Below are positions 9,018 through 17,969 of a stretch of DNA of 62,295 bases, piece after piece. The stretch comes from an uncultured archaeon (GTDB lineage Archaea; Altiarchaeota; Altiarchaeia; IMC4; QMZM01). The notes beneath the pieces were generated by a model, which was not told the origin of the DNA, made no database searches, and was given only the letters and a program-made list of their open reading frames with translations. The stretch is taken from positions 1 through 62,295 of the forward strand of contig CBFCYF010000002.1 of the NCBI GenBank assembly GCA_965602195.1, read 5' to 3'. How positions within the stretch are numbered: position 1 is the stretch's first letter; the number at the start of each line of letters is the position of its first letter. Both the position numbers and the translations under genes were made by a program.

Positions 9018-9587
9018 CTAGATGGTAGTTGTGATGCAACAGTCACCGTAGGTTATGCAGCAGCATTCTACATAATCTACTCCGCAGAAATTATCCAGGC
9101 CGGCGGGAAAGCCGGCAAAGCATGTCCCCCAACCATCATGATCTTTGCATTTAGTTTCTGAATCTGGGCATGATGCCGCAAATACTGCCTCACAGTATTG
9201 GAGTGGCGGCACCCATCCCCCCTCATCACATCCAAAGGGAAGTATGTCTGTATTATCAATTAAATAATTAATCACTGGCAGCGCAACCAAAACTATGATC
9301 ACCCCTATGAAGATATGTGAAATCCTGCCCCGTATATCATTCCTCTGCTCTATATCTTCAGTCGTCATATACTCTATGCCGTACACGATCAAAGCCAGGG
9401 TGGCTAAAAGGCCTATGATCAACCAGATAGTGTCCAGGAGAAAGCAGACTATGTCATTAATTCGGCGTATAATCATATCCACATCAGAGAGTGTTGTGGT
9501 TGGCGTCTGTGCCCAGACTGGGGAAATCAAGGCTGACACCATCAATAATATGAGTACACTCTTCCATAATCTAATCTGTAATCCCAT
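9018..9587 (-). CDS. Hairpin-motif membrane protein paralog 4 with a Cys-rich C-terminal ectodomain
   Basis: Signal peptide; hairpin LIVYGIEYMTTEDIEQRNDIRGRISHIFIGVIIVLVAL aligns with the hairpins of 1514-3003; C-terminus CCCITYGDCCITTTI. Confidence 0.6.
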   Translation of the reverse strand: MGLQIRLWKSVLILLMVSALISPVWAQTPTTTLSDVDMIIRRINDIVCFLLDTIWLIIGLLATLALIVYGIEYMTTEDIEQRNDIRGRISHIFIGVIIVLVALPVINYLIDNTDILPFGCDEGGWVPPLQYCEAVFAASCPDSETKCKDHDGWGTCFAGFPAGLDNFCGVDYVECCCITYGDCCITTTI

Positions 9588-9699
9588 CCTAATAAATTAT
9601 ATGTGACTAGAGAATATAAACGTTTCGCATTATATCCCCCCCTTTTTTTTGCTGTCCAGATTTAAGTAACTATTCCCATAAATTCTTTGGTTTCTAAAA

Positions 9700-11730
9700 A
9701 TGAGCACCCTCATCATCACCGAAAAGCCAAGTGTGGCGGCCAGAATCGCCAGCTCCATCGGAAACGCCGACAAGAAAAGCAAAAACGGAGTCCCCTACTA
9801 TGAAGTCAACGGCGACTATGTTGCCCCAGCAGTAGGACACATACTCTCCCTGGATGAAAAGAAGAAAGCCGGGTGGAGGTATCCTGTATTTGACATAGAG
9901 TGGAAGCCCTCCTACACAGTAAATAAGGGCTCTAAATTCACCAAACAATACTTTAACAACATAAAATCTCTCGCAAAAAAATGTGATTCATATATAAACG
10001 CCTGCGATTATGACCTCGAGGGAGAGGTGATAGGATTTAATGTTATAAAACACATCTGCGAGGTGGACCCCACATCCCCTAAGGTTTTAAGGATGAAGTA
10101 CTCCACCCTTACAAAGGAATCCATAACCCGGGCATATGAAAACCTGGAGTCCCCCAATAAAGGGATGGCGGATGCGGGATTAACAAGACATATCCTTGAC
10201 TGGTACTGGGGCATAAACCTCTCCCGGGCCTTAACCCTGGCTGTCAGACGGGCACGGGGTTACACCACACTGAGTATCGGGAGAGTTCAGGGTCCTGCCC
10301 TGAAGATTCTGGCTGTGAGAGACAGGGAGATAAAGAAATTTAAGCCAACGCCTTACTGGGAGATAGAGATGCTGGCGGTTAAAGACAAAAAAAAGATATC
10401 TGCTATGCATTCAGGAGGCAGGTTCCTGGAGAAAGAGAAGGCGGAGTCTGTTAAGAAGAGATGTGGGAAAACAACTGTCGTGGAAAGCACACGCAGAAGT
10501 AAAATCCAACAAAAACCTCCCTCCCCCTTCGACCTCACCACACTCCAGACAGAGGCATATAAACACCTTAATATCGCCCCCAGGGATACCCTGCAGATCG
10601 CCCAGGAGCTATATACTAACGCATACATCAGCTACCCGAGAACCTCATCCCAGCAGTTACCCAGGGAAATAGATTTCAGAGAGATAATCAGGAAACTCTC
10701 AGGGATATACGGGAAGGAAACAGGCATCCTACTGTCAAAGAAGAAGCTTACCCCCTGTAATGGGAAGAAGAAGGATCCCGCTCACCCAGCCATCCACCCT
10801 ACCGGTGAGACTCCCACGAGCATAGCAGGAGGTAGAAAGAAAATATATGACCTGATATGCCGGAGGTTCTTCGCCACCTTCGGAGACATTGCAGTCAGAG
10901 AAACCATGACCATAAAATTAGATAATAACTCTGAGATATTCATAGCTAAAGGCACCCTAACTGTTGAGAAGGGATGGCATACCCTCTACGGCAGATATGC
11001 TAGATTCAAGGAGGAAGAGTTACCGGAACTCAGAAAAGGCGACAAGCTGAAGGTGGAGAAAATAACCGTATATGGGAAGGAAACCCAGCCACCTAAGAGA
11101 TACACGCCCTCATCCATTATCCGGGAAATGGAGAAGAGAGACCTGGGAACTAAAGCCACACGCTCCCATATCCTGGACATTCTGTTTAAGAGAGGCTATT
11201 TGAAGGGTAAATCCATAGAAGTCACTCCTTTAGGGATGAAGGTGGTTGATACCATGGACAAGTATTGTCCTGAGGTAGTCAGTGTGAAACTAACCCGGAA
11301 ATTCGAGGATGAGATGAAACAGATAGAGTCCGGGAAACTCCCTATGGCGGAAGTTGTTAAGGAGGGGGAGGAAATGCTGATAAAGATATCCAAAGAGTTC
11401 ACGGGGAATGAGAAAGAAATCGGGGAATCCCTGGCGTCCTCTCTGATAAGTACCCGGGAAGAGAAAAAAGAGGGTCTAGGTAAATGCATGAAATGTGATG
11501 GAAACCTTGTCCTTAGAAAATCAAAATTCGGCGGCTATTTCGTCGGATGCGACAGCTACCCCCAATGCAGGTTCACTATTTCTATGCCTAAAGGTAATTT
11601 GAAGGAATCAGGTAAATGTAAGGAATGCGGCTACTCAAAGATAACTGTGTTCAGGGGTAAGGGTAAAAAACCCTGGTCATTCTGCATTAACCCTAAGTGC
11701 CCTACAAAGAAGAGATTCAATGCCCGGTAA
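9700..11730 (+). CDS. topA: DNA topoisomerase I (type IA) with C-terminal zinc ribbons
   Basis: Toprim N-terminus; active-site Tyr context ELYTNAYISYPRTSS; C-terminal CMKCDG...CDSYPQCRF and CKECG...C zinc ribbons. Confidence 0.85.
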   Translation: MSTLIITEKPSVAARIASSIGNADKKSKNGVPYYEVNGDYVAPAVGHILSLDEKKKAGWRYPVFDIEWKPSYTVNKGSKFTKQYFNNIKSLAKKCDSYINACDYDLEGEVIGFNVIKHICEVDPTSPKVLRMKYSTLTKESITRAYENLESPNKGMADAGLTRHILDWYWGINLSRALTLAVRRARGYTTLSIGRVQGPALKILAVRDREIKKFKPTPYWEIEMLAVKDKKKISAMHSGGRFLEKEKAESVKKRCGKTTVVESTRRSKIQQKPPSPFDLTTLQTEAYKHLNIAPRDTLQIAQELYTNAYISYPRTSSQQLPREIDFREIIRKLSGIYGKETGILLSKKKLTPCNGKKKDPAHPAIHPTGETPTSIAGGRKKIYDLICRRFFATFGDIAVRETMTIKLDNNSEIFIAKGTLTVEKGWHTLYGRYARFKEEELPELRKGDKLKVEKITVYGKETQPPKRYTPSSIIREMEKRDLGTKATRSHILDILFKRGYLKGKSIEVTPLGMKVVDTMDKYCPEVVSVKLTRKFEDEMKQIESGKLPMAEVVKEGEEMLIKISKEFTGNEKEIGESLASSLISTREEKKEGLGKCMKCDGNLVLRKSKFGGYFVGCDSYPQCRFTISMPKGNLKESGKCKECGYSKITVFRGKGKKPWSFCINPKCPTKKRFNAR

Positions 11731-12913
11731 TTTCTTCCATAGTGGATATAAACTTCTCCACCTCCCCTAAAGTATTATATAAATAAAGGGATGCCCTGAC
11801 AGAGCCATCTATCCCCAGTATATCCCTCATCAAGGGCATAGCGCAGTGGTCTCCCGATCTAACATCTATATCTCCTTTCACCTCCAGGAGCCTTGCAACC
11901 TCCTCAGGTTCTAAACCATCCACATTAAAGGGCACTATACCTACTCTACTATCTGAGGTTCTGGCTCCATAGAATTCCACCCCCTCACCCGCAATATCCT
12001 CTAATCCAGCTACTAGTTTCTTAACCAATCTCCTCTCATGGCTCTCTATTTCATCCATACCCACATCCTTAAGGTAATTAACTGCTCTTTCAAATCCTAT
12101 GGCTCCTGCGATATTCGGGGTTCCTGCCTCCCACCTATCTGCTGTTTTCTTTAGTTCATATCCCTCCATTGATACGTCTGCGACGGTTCCTCCCCCTAAA
12201 ACGCCCGGCTCCATGTCATCTACCAGATCCTCCCTTATATATAATCCGCCGACTCCTGTGGGCCCAAGCATTTTATGGGCTGAGAAGGCGAAGAAATCAC
12301 ACCTAATTTTTTTTACATCCACCTTTATGTGGGGGGCTGATTGAGCCCCGTCAACCAGGAACAGGCAGCTGTTATCCTGGCAGATCCTCCCTATATCCTC
12401 TACTGGTGCTATGGAGCCCAATACATTGGAGATATGGCCTACAGCAACCAGCTTTGTTTTGTCGTCGATCACCTCCCTGAAGTCCTCAACGTCAAGGACA
12501 CCCTCATAGCTGGGCTTGATTGTGGTTAACTCAACACCCTTCTTCCTCAGCCTTAACCATGGGAGTAGATTGCTGTGATGTTCCAGCAGGGTTGTGACTA
12601 TCCTGTCTCCCTTCTCCCAACCTAAACTTAATGCAACTAAATTTATACCTTCGGTTGTATTTTTGGTGAACGCCAGTTCCCTCTCATCTGCGTTGATGAA
12701 TCCTGCTACAGTACTCCGTGCTCTTTCATATCTATCGGATGCAGTTTGGGATATACGGTAACTACCCCTGTGTATATTCGCCCTATACCCTCTATAGTAT
12801 CCCATGATGGAGTCAAGAACAGGCTCCGGAGTTAATGTGGAGGCTGCACTATCCATGTATATCATGCCCTGCTTAAGTATAGGGAAGTCCTCCCTGATTC
12901 CCTCCACATCCAT
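11717..12913 (-). CDS. sufS: Cysteine desulfurase (class V aminotransferase, SufS/CsdA-like)
   Basis: PLP-Lys motif FSAHKMLGPTGVGGLYI; conserved HHSN and catalytic-Cys region RSGDHCA. Confidence 0.8.
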   Translation of the reverse strand: MDVEGIREDFPILKQGMIYMDSAASTLTPEPVLDSIMGYYRGYRANIHRGSYRISQTASDRYERARSTVAGFINADERELAFTKNTTEGINLVALSLGWEKGDRIVTTLLEHHSNLLPWLRLRKKGVELTTIKPSYEGVLDVEDFREVIDDKTKLVAVGHISNVLGSIAPVEDIGRICQDNSCLFLVDGAQSAPHIKVDVKKIRCDFFAFSAHKMLGPTGVGGLYIREDLVDDMEPGVLGGGTVADVSMEGYELKKTADRWEAGTPNIAGAIGFERAVNYLKDVGMDEIESHERRLVKKLVAGLEDIAGEGVEFYGARTSDSRVGIVPFNVDGLEPEEVARLLEVKGDIDVRSGDHCAMPLMRDILGIDGSVRASLYLYNTLGEVEKFISTMEEITGH

Positions 12914-12973
12914 ATTATTTAATTGTTACTTCACAAGTATTATATTAGTCTATCAGGGCCCGTGAGCTCAGCT

Positions 12974-13029
12974 CTCGGAGTTAGCCGAGGACTAAGGTGT
13001 GTTTCGCCCTTCAGGGGCTCAAGCACACT
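12974..13029 (+). repeat. Partial copy (5' half) of the ~123-bp structured repeat family
   Basis: ctcggagttagccgaggactaaggtgtgtttcgccc...ctcaagcacact matches the units at 29880-30127. Confidence 0.7.
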
Positions 13030-13107
13030 TATTTAACATAAAAATCACAACCTTAATCGTTCAGCAGACTCAACAAATAAAAAAAAAAATTCAGGGGCGT
13101 CCTCTCA

Positions 13108-13283
13108 GGGCCCGTGGCTCAGCATGGTTAGAGCGCTCGACTGATAATCCCGATGCAGTCATAAGACACCCTAAGGAACCCTCCTTTTTGTCTGTGAACT
13201 GTCCACAGGGAATACCTAGTGTTCCTTGTACCCTCCAGGGATTAGTAATCGAGAAGTCCGGAGTTCAAATCTCCGCGGGCCCA
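13108..13283 (+). tRNA. tRNA-Ile(GAT) with a ~101-nt intron at the canonical 37/38 position
   Basis: Exon 1 GGGCCCGTGGCTCAGCATGGTTAGAGCGCTCGACTGATA; exon 2 ATCGAGAAGTCCGGAGTTCAAATCTCCGCGGGCCCA. The 7-bp acceptor, D, anticodon (CTCGA/TCGAG, loop CTGATAA) and T arms all pair. The intron is about 13147-13247. Confidence 0.8.
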
Positions 13284-13347
13284 CCTTTCTTTTAGGAAAA
13301 GAAACGTGGACGAAAGAAAAAGGAATTCGCTTCGCGAATTCAATATT

Positions 13348-13686
13348 TTAACTTAAATACTTTTCCCTGGTTTTTTTGACTGTTCCGGAGACTCCGAGAA
13401 CATGGGGTATTACCCTGATTTCATTGATTTCCTTCATCAAAGCAAGAGCTGCCCTAACATCATCCACACATCGATTATTAACTTTAAGGATGCCTCTCTG
13501 GTTTTCCTTATCCCACTCCATCATCCAGAGGCTGGTTTCACTAACGCCTCTCTCCCCTAGAAACCTAAGGGAGCTCCGCCAGACAGCCTTCGTAACATCC
13601 TCCCGGCAGAACCTGTGACCTGATATTAACTCAAATGCCAGGTATCGGTTCCTCTCCCGCATCGTGGAAGGTATAGGCTTAAGCAT
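13348..13686 (-). CDS. rnp2: RNase P protein component 2 (Pop5/Rpp14 family)
   Basis: ERNRYLAFELI...VWRS...LGVSGTVKK matches the archaeal Pop5 pattern (RYIAFEV...GVSGTIKR). Confidence 0.7.
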   Translation of the reverse strand: MLKPIPSTMRERNRYLAFELISGHRFCREDVTKAVWRSSLRFLGERGVSETSLWMMEWDKENQRGILKVNNRCVDDVRAALALMKEINEIRVIPHVLGVSGTVKKTREKYLS

Positions 13687-13776
13687 TTTTCATCCCTCAG
13701 ATAGAATAATTATTTACGATTAGTATCTAATATAACTCTCTGTGAGATATATGAATGCCCACATAGGGTGGCACAG

Positions 13777-13888
13777 CAACTGCCACAGCCAGTTGACATC
13801 TGGGTGCTACATTCGCTACGCTCAGCAGCACTCAACTGCCACAGCCAGTTGACATCTGGGTGCTACATTCGCTACGCTCAGTAGCACT
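13777..13888. repeat. 2 x 56-bp tandem direct repeat upstream of tRNA-Arg
   Basis: caactgccacagccagttgacatctgggtgctacattcgctacgctcag(c/t)agcact is repeated with 1 mismatch. Confidence 0.85.
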
Positions 13889-13917
13889 TAACAAACAAAA
13901 AAAACAACGTAACGCCC

Positions 13918-13991
13918 GCATAGGGTAGCATGGATATCCTGGGGGATTGCGGATCCCCTGACTCGGGTTCAAATCCCGGTGCGGGCAAACA
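13918..13991 (+). tRNA. tRNA-Arg(GCG)
   Basis: GCCCGCA acceptor pairs with TGCGGGC; anticodon arm GGGGA-TTGCGGA-TCCCC gives anticodon GCG; T arm TCGGG-TTCAAAT-CCCGG; discriminator A. Confidence 0.8.
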
Positions 13992-14147
13992 CTTGTGGGC
14001 TCGTTTCCCAACGACACACTGCGGTTTCAATACTTAAGCTTCGTTGAAAACCGTTGATCCCTGTTTAGGCTAATTTTTTCCGGCAACAAATCCCGGCACA
14101 TGTCCAGCTGATCTACCAGTTAATTCATCAGATAATCCCTTTAAAAG

Positions 14148-14900
14148 TTATTCATCGTTATCGCAGATGTTGTTAACATTTTTATCCAAGCAGCAGCCTC
14201 TGCCGTGGCGGATGTAAGGTGGATTGCAGACGACTTTCTTCGCTTCCGGTTCCTCTCTGCTAAACCCAATGAGACGCTTCATCTCCCCCACCACCGACTT
14301 GACGATGTTGACAACCTCGCCGACGGCCTCCTTCACAAACCCAGTTGCTCTCTCAATGATTCCCCGCTCTTTTTCCGGCGACTCACCGGCTCCCGCCAAC
14401 AACCCCTCCACCTGCACAAACTCTCCCTCCAGCTTCATAGACTCCAAGACTGGCTGAGCCTCCCAAGCATATCCGATGAGGTCCTCCTCCTGAGCGGAGA
14501 CAGTCGCCAGATACAACCGACCCCCAGCTGTGAAGACGTCATTGATGACGTAGACGTCAGGGTCGTTGGGGAGGTTAGACATGAAACGCATTGTTTTCTG
14601 GCCCGCAACATCCCCTGAGGGCATGTCCCTCAACAGGGCTCCAAACGTCTCAAGTTGCTTGCGGTACAAACGAATGGCGTCGCTGCCGCTTCCATTAAGA
14701 GGCACCCACGTCGCTGACAAGAGGACATCTCCAGGTTTTTCTGTGTGGGTGAGGGAGAGCATGTTATCTGTTTTGCCGCTGATACGCCAGCGGTTGCTGT
14801 ACTCCAAGGTGATGCCGTTGGTTTCGGCGGTGTGGGTTGCGGCACCTGATGTGAACAACAACACAAACACCACCCCCAAAATCATCTTCTTTAAGTTCAT
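14148..14900 (-). CDS. Secreted hypothetical protein in the GC-rich island
   Basis: Signal peptide MNLKKMILGVVFVLLFTSGAATHTA; C-terminal Cys cluster; a 4-nt ATGA overlap with the upstream gene. Confidence 0.6.
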   Translation of the reverse strand: MNLKKMILGVVFVLLFTSGAATHTAETNGITLEYSNRWRISGKTDNMLSLTHTEKPGDVLLSATWVPLNGSGSDAIRLYRKQLETFGALLRDMPSGDVAGQKTMRFMSNLPNDPDVYVINDVFTAGGRLYLATVSAQEEDLIGYAWEAQPVLESMKLEGEFVQVEGLLAGAGESPEKERGIIERATGFVKEAVGEVVNIVKSVVGEMKRLIGFSREEPEAKKVVCNPPYIRHGRGCCLDKNVNNICDNDE

Positions 14901-17647
14901 TTTGATGTTGGAATAAATGTTTGAATAACACTATTTGCGACATTGTGAACATCACGGCTTCCCTCACGAGTCTTGACGTCGCCGGGTCTCCCGTTCAAGT
15001 ATCCCACCCATGTGTTGACGACTGCCGTATCCCCCCCGGGTGATGTGCGCAACATGCCGATGTGCTGAAGCTTGTCGTTGTAGTCTGCGATGTGGCGAAG
15101 CATGTGGCCCTGGGACTGGGCGAGCGTTTGCTGGCTCTGAAGCATCTGGTTGAAGGCCCTACGTGCGCCGGCATCGTCGCCGTCCCTAATGGCTTGGGCT
15201 GCCTGTTGCTCGTATCTTAGTGTCTGGTCGGCTTGGGACAGCACATTACGCCTGCGGGGGACGTTCTCCTGGCTGAAGGCGCCGACTCGGCTCCTGCTGC
15301 TCTGGACTTCACTCACATAGTTGGTGTTGCCCTTTACGTTCCCCTTAAAGTCGTTGAAGTTGCGGGTTGTGCTGGAGGCGCGGGCTACGCCGACGTTGTT
15401 GGCTACGTTGTTGTCGCGGTTTTTCTGCCCCCTGATCGTGTTCTCCAGGCGGTCGAGGTTGTCCATGCCGTAGGCGCCGCGCATCAAAGCCTGCTGGTTG
15501 AGGCCGATGAACTTGAAGACGCCGCTCATCGCGTTCATGGTTCCCTCAATAGCGCCGGTTGCCTCGTAGCCGAGGAAGTGGTCGCTTATCTTGATGATTT
15601 CGTTGTACATCTTATTCTTCATGGGGCCTGTCATCTTCTGGGCGATGTATTGTTTGATTGCTGTGGTCCCCGCCACGTAGACTGAGTTCGGGACGTAGTT
15701 TTTGATGGCGTCGGTCACTATCTTCTCATATCCCTGGATTGCGTAGAGGCTGTCGATGACTGCGGCTCCGGAGCGGGTCCGGTAGATGGACTTACCTATC
15801 TTGTCTACTCTAAACGCAGCCGAAAGTCCCCCTTGGAGCGTCGACTGTGAGGTCAAGCCGAGGCGCTGGGCCAAGCCCAGGTTTGCGGCGCGGCCGAGCT
15901 GCGCCGACGGCCCGAACGTGAGAAAGGTGTCCCAAGCGGAAAACTGGCGTGAAACAAAGTCTGCTTCGTTGTACTTAAGAATCTCTGTGTCGAAGTAGTC
16001 GCGTCCGATGTCGATGTTATACTGGGTCTTGTCGCCGTTGCGTATTGCGTTGACGTCTACGTTTCTGAAGGCGTCCCAGATGCGCTGTCTGAGCTTCTGG
16101 GCTTGGTCGTCTGTTAAGTCCTTCCCGTAGTGTTCCTTGATCACCTCCTTCAGTCTGTCCTTGCTGAACTTGTTCATTTCCTCAAAGGTGACCCCCTGGC
16201 GACGCAGGTCTTCTACCAGCTTGATGCCTGCTATCTGGCGGGTGGCCTCGTCCACCTGGAGGTCGGCCATGTCCCCGAGTATGTCGTAGTAGCCAGCTAG
16301 TGCCCCTATACTCTCTCCTACGCCTGTGGTGGCGACGTCGATGAGGATGTTGCCGATGCCCGCCTCGCCGTGGCTGTTGAGTTTGTCGTTGAATAACCTA
16401 GCGGTTTTGCTCATGTCCACTGAGAGGTGGTCACGGATGCGCTGCAGGTATTCGAGTTCGACGTTTTGGATGATGCGATTGGCAAAGAGGTTGTCTGGCT
16501 CTTCCTCAAGGATCTTGCGTGCGCTGTGGAGGGCCATGCGGGTGTCGCCTTCCATCTGCTGGCGGAAGACGTTTAGGGTGAGGGCGTCGACTCGGGCGCG
16601 TGGGTTGGCTGTGAGCTTGGGGAGCATCTCGTCGAACTTGTGGGTGGCTCCGCAGCGGAGCGTTAAACTCAGGTGGGTCATGTCGAGCTCTGTGCGGAGG
16701 AGGTTCAGGTAGTTAGAGTATTCATCACGGTGTTTGTAGTCGAAGAAGCCTCCATCCATGTTGTCGAGGATTTCATAGAGCTTTGAGGCTTGTCGCTCGA
16801 ATTCTTCAAGCAACTTGTCCTGCTCCTCACGGAGACGTTCAAGGTCCTTTTTGGCTTCTTCTTTATCTTCCTCTGATCCGTGCTTGAGCATCCATTCAGC
16901 GTCCCTGATCTGGGAGAGGATGTAGTCTGCTTCAGCGTAGAGGTCTTTAATGTCTTTGAGGAATCGGTTCTTCAAGGCTAGGTAGTCGACGACGTTGCGG
17001 GTGATGGCCCGTACTATCTTCTGTTGCTCGGTTTCCTCGGTCTCGACGCAGACGCATTCGTTGGGTTCGCTGTCTTCCTGCGAGAACTCGGTGCCTGGTT
17101 CCCGCTTGCAGACGTCCTCACATGATTCGCAGCCGTCGGCTGTCATCTGCCAGCCTACTTCGCAGATGCCTGTGCAGTCCCCTGAGTCGTCGATGACGCC
17201 TATCATATGTTCGCCTTTCTTCCGCCAATATTTGTCACATTCATCCTCTTCTTCGCTGTCGTATTCGCGGGCGGTGGATGTGGTCGGCGGCGAGGTCAAG
17301 GTCGTCGTCTCGCCGGGGCAGGGTTCATCGGGGAGGACGCATTTAATGAGGTAGCTGCCTGGACAAAAGTTGCCGCACTTCTTGCGGTCGAAGCTCTCGT
17401 AGTCTACAGGTCTTCTACAAGCTTTTGAGTACTTGTCCTCTTCCGGGTCGTCGATGTTGTCATTGGCAGCGCAGATGCAGGCCCGAGTGTAGCTCCAGTG
17501 GGCGTGGGGGCGGTTGTTGCAGTCCTCCTGTACACATCCCACACCGCTCATACGCTGCCAAGTAAAATCGGGAGGGCATTCGACTGCAGTAACACAGTTG
17601 GCCAACAAAAACAGGGAGAGCACGGTTACATAAAGCCTTTCTGTCAC
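14897..17647 (-). CDS. Large secreted protein (916 aa) with a Cys-rich N-terminal domain and long alpha-helical/coiled-coil region; GC-rich island
   Basis: Signal peptide MTERLYVTVLSLFLLANCVTA; 20+ Cys in the first 200 aa; the rest is helical. Local GC is about 55-58%, against about 40% elsewhere. Confidence 0.65.
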   Translation of the reverse strand: MTERLYVTVLSLFLLANCVTAVECPPDFTWQRMSGVGCVQEDCNNRPHAHWSYTRACICAANDNIDDPEEDKYSKACRRPVDYESFDRKKCGNFCPGSYLIKCVLPDEPCPGETTTLTSPPTTSTAREYDSEEEDECDKYWRKKGEHMIGVIDDSGDCTGICEVGWQMTADGCESCEDVCKREPGTEFSQEDSEPNECVCVETEETEQQKIVRAITRNVVDYLALKNRFLKDIKDLYAEADYILSQIRDAEWMLKHGSEEDKEEAKKDLERLREEQDKLLEEFERQASKLYEILDNMDGGFFDYKHRDEYSNYLNLLRTELDMTHLSLTLRCGATHKFDEMLPKLTANPRARVDALTLNVFRQQMEGDTRMALHSARKILEEEPDNLFANRIIQNVELEYLQRIRDHLSVDMSKTARLFNDKLNSHGEAGIGNILIDVATTGVGESIGALAGYYDILGDMADLQVDEATRQIAGIKLVEDLRRQGVTFEEMNKFSKDRLKEVIKEHYGKDLTDDQAQKLRQRIWDAFRNVDVNAIRNGDKTQYNIDIGRDYFDTEILKYNEADFVSRQFSAWDTFLTFGPSAQLGRAANLGLAQRLGLTSQSTLQGGLSAAFRVDKIGKSIYRTRSGAAVIDSLYAIQGYEKIVTDAIKNYVPNSVYVAGTTAIKQYIAQKMTGPMKNKMYNEIIKISDHFLGYEATGAIEGTMNAMSGVFKFIGLNQQALMRGAYGMDNLDRLENTIRGQKNRDNNVANNVGVARASSTTRNFNDFKGNVKGNTNYVSEVQSSRSRVGAFSQENVPRRRNVLSQADQTLRYEQQAAQAIRDGDDAGARRAFNQMLQSQQTLAQSQGHMLRHIADYNDKLQHIGMLRTSPGGDTAVVNTWVGYLNGRPGDVKTREGSRDVHNVANSVIQTFIPTSK

Positions 17648-17969
17648 ATCACACCACCTCGTTTAAAATATTTATTTTCTTTCCCTCCTTAAATAGCTGA
17701 AAGTAGTGTCCAGCCTTCACACCAGCTCATCATCTGATTTTTTGAAATCTCCATCATCATACCTATTATCTATTATTATTTAAAGAAAAAAAATCGAGTT
17801 TACAGCAGAGCAAGAATATGAGGTTTGAAAATCACTTGTTTCTCATCCTCCGGCTCCAGATTACCTCACCTATTAAGTCCTAAAGTGGTAGCTATCAAAC
17901 AAACAAAAGGTTTTTATAGAAGCGGGTCTAATTATTTACAGTTGTAAAAAAGTTAAACGACAATCTTAA

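Noticed and set aside
12962-13035. Possible additional tRNA gene upstream of tRNA-Ile
   Set aside because: Only the first ~17 nt resemble a tRNA 5' end. No D, anticodon or T arms can be formed, and the remainder is a copy of the 123-bp repeat.
15233-17428. Several 70-150-aa plus-strand ORFs in the GC-rich island
   Set aside because: High GC suppresses stop codons. All of them lie antisense to the 916-aa secreted-protein gene, which has a coherent signal peptide and domain structure.
17700-17760. Candidate box C/D sRNA (ATGATGA motifs on the minus strand)
   Set aside because: C-box-like TGATGA is present twice, but no CTGA D box lies at the right spacing and there is no terminal stem.
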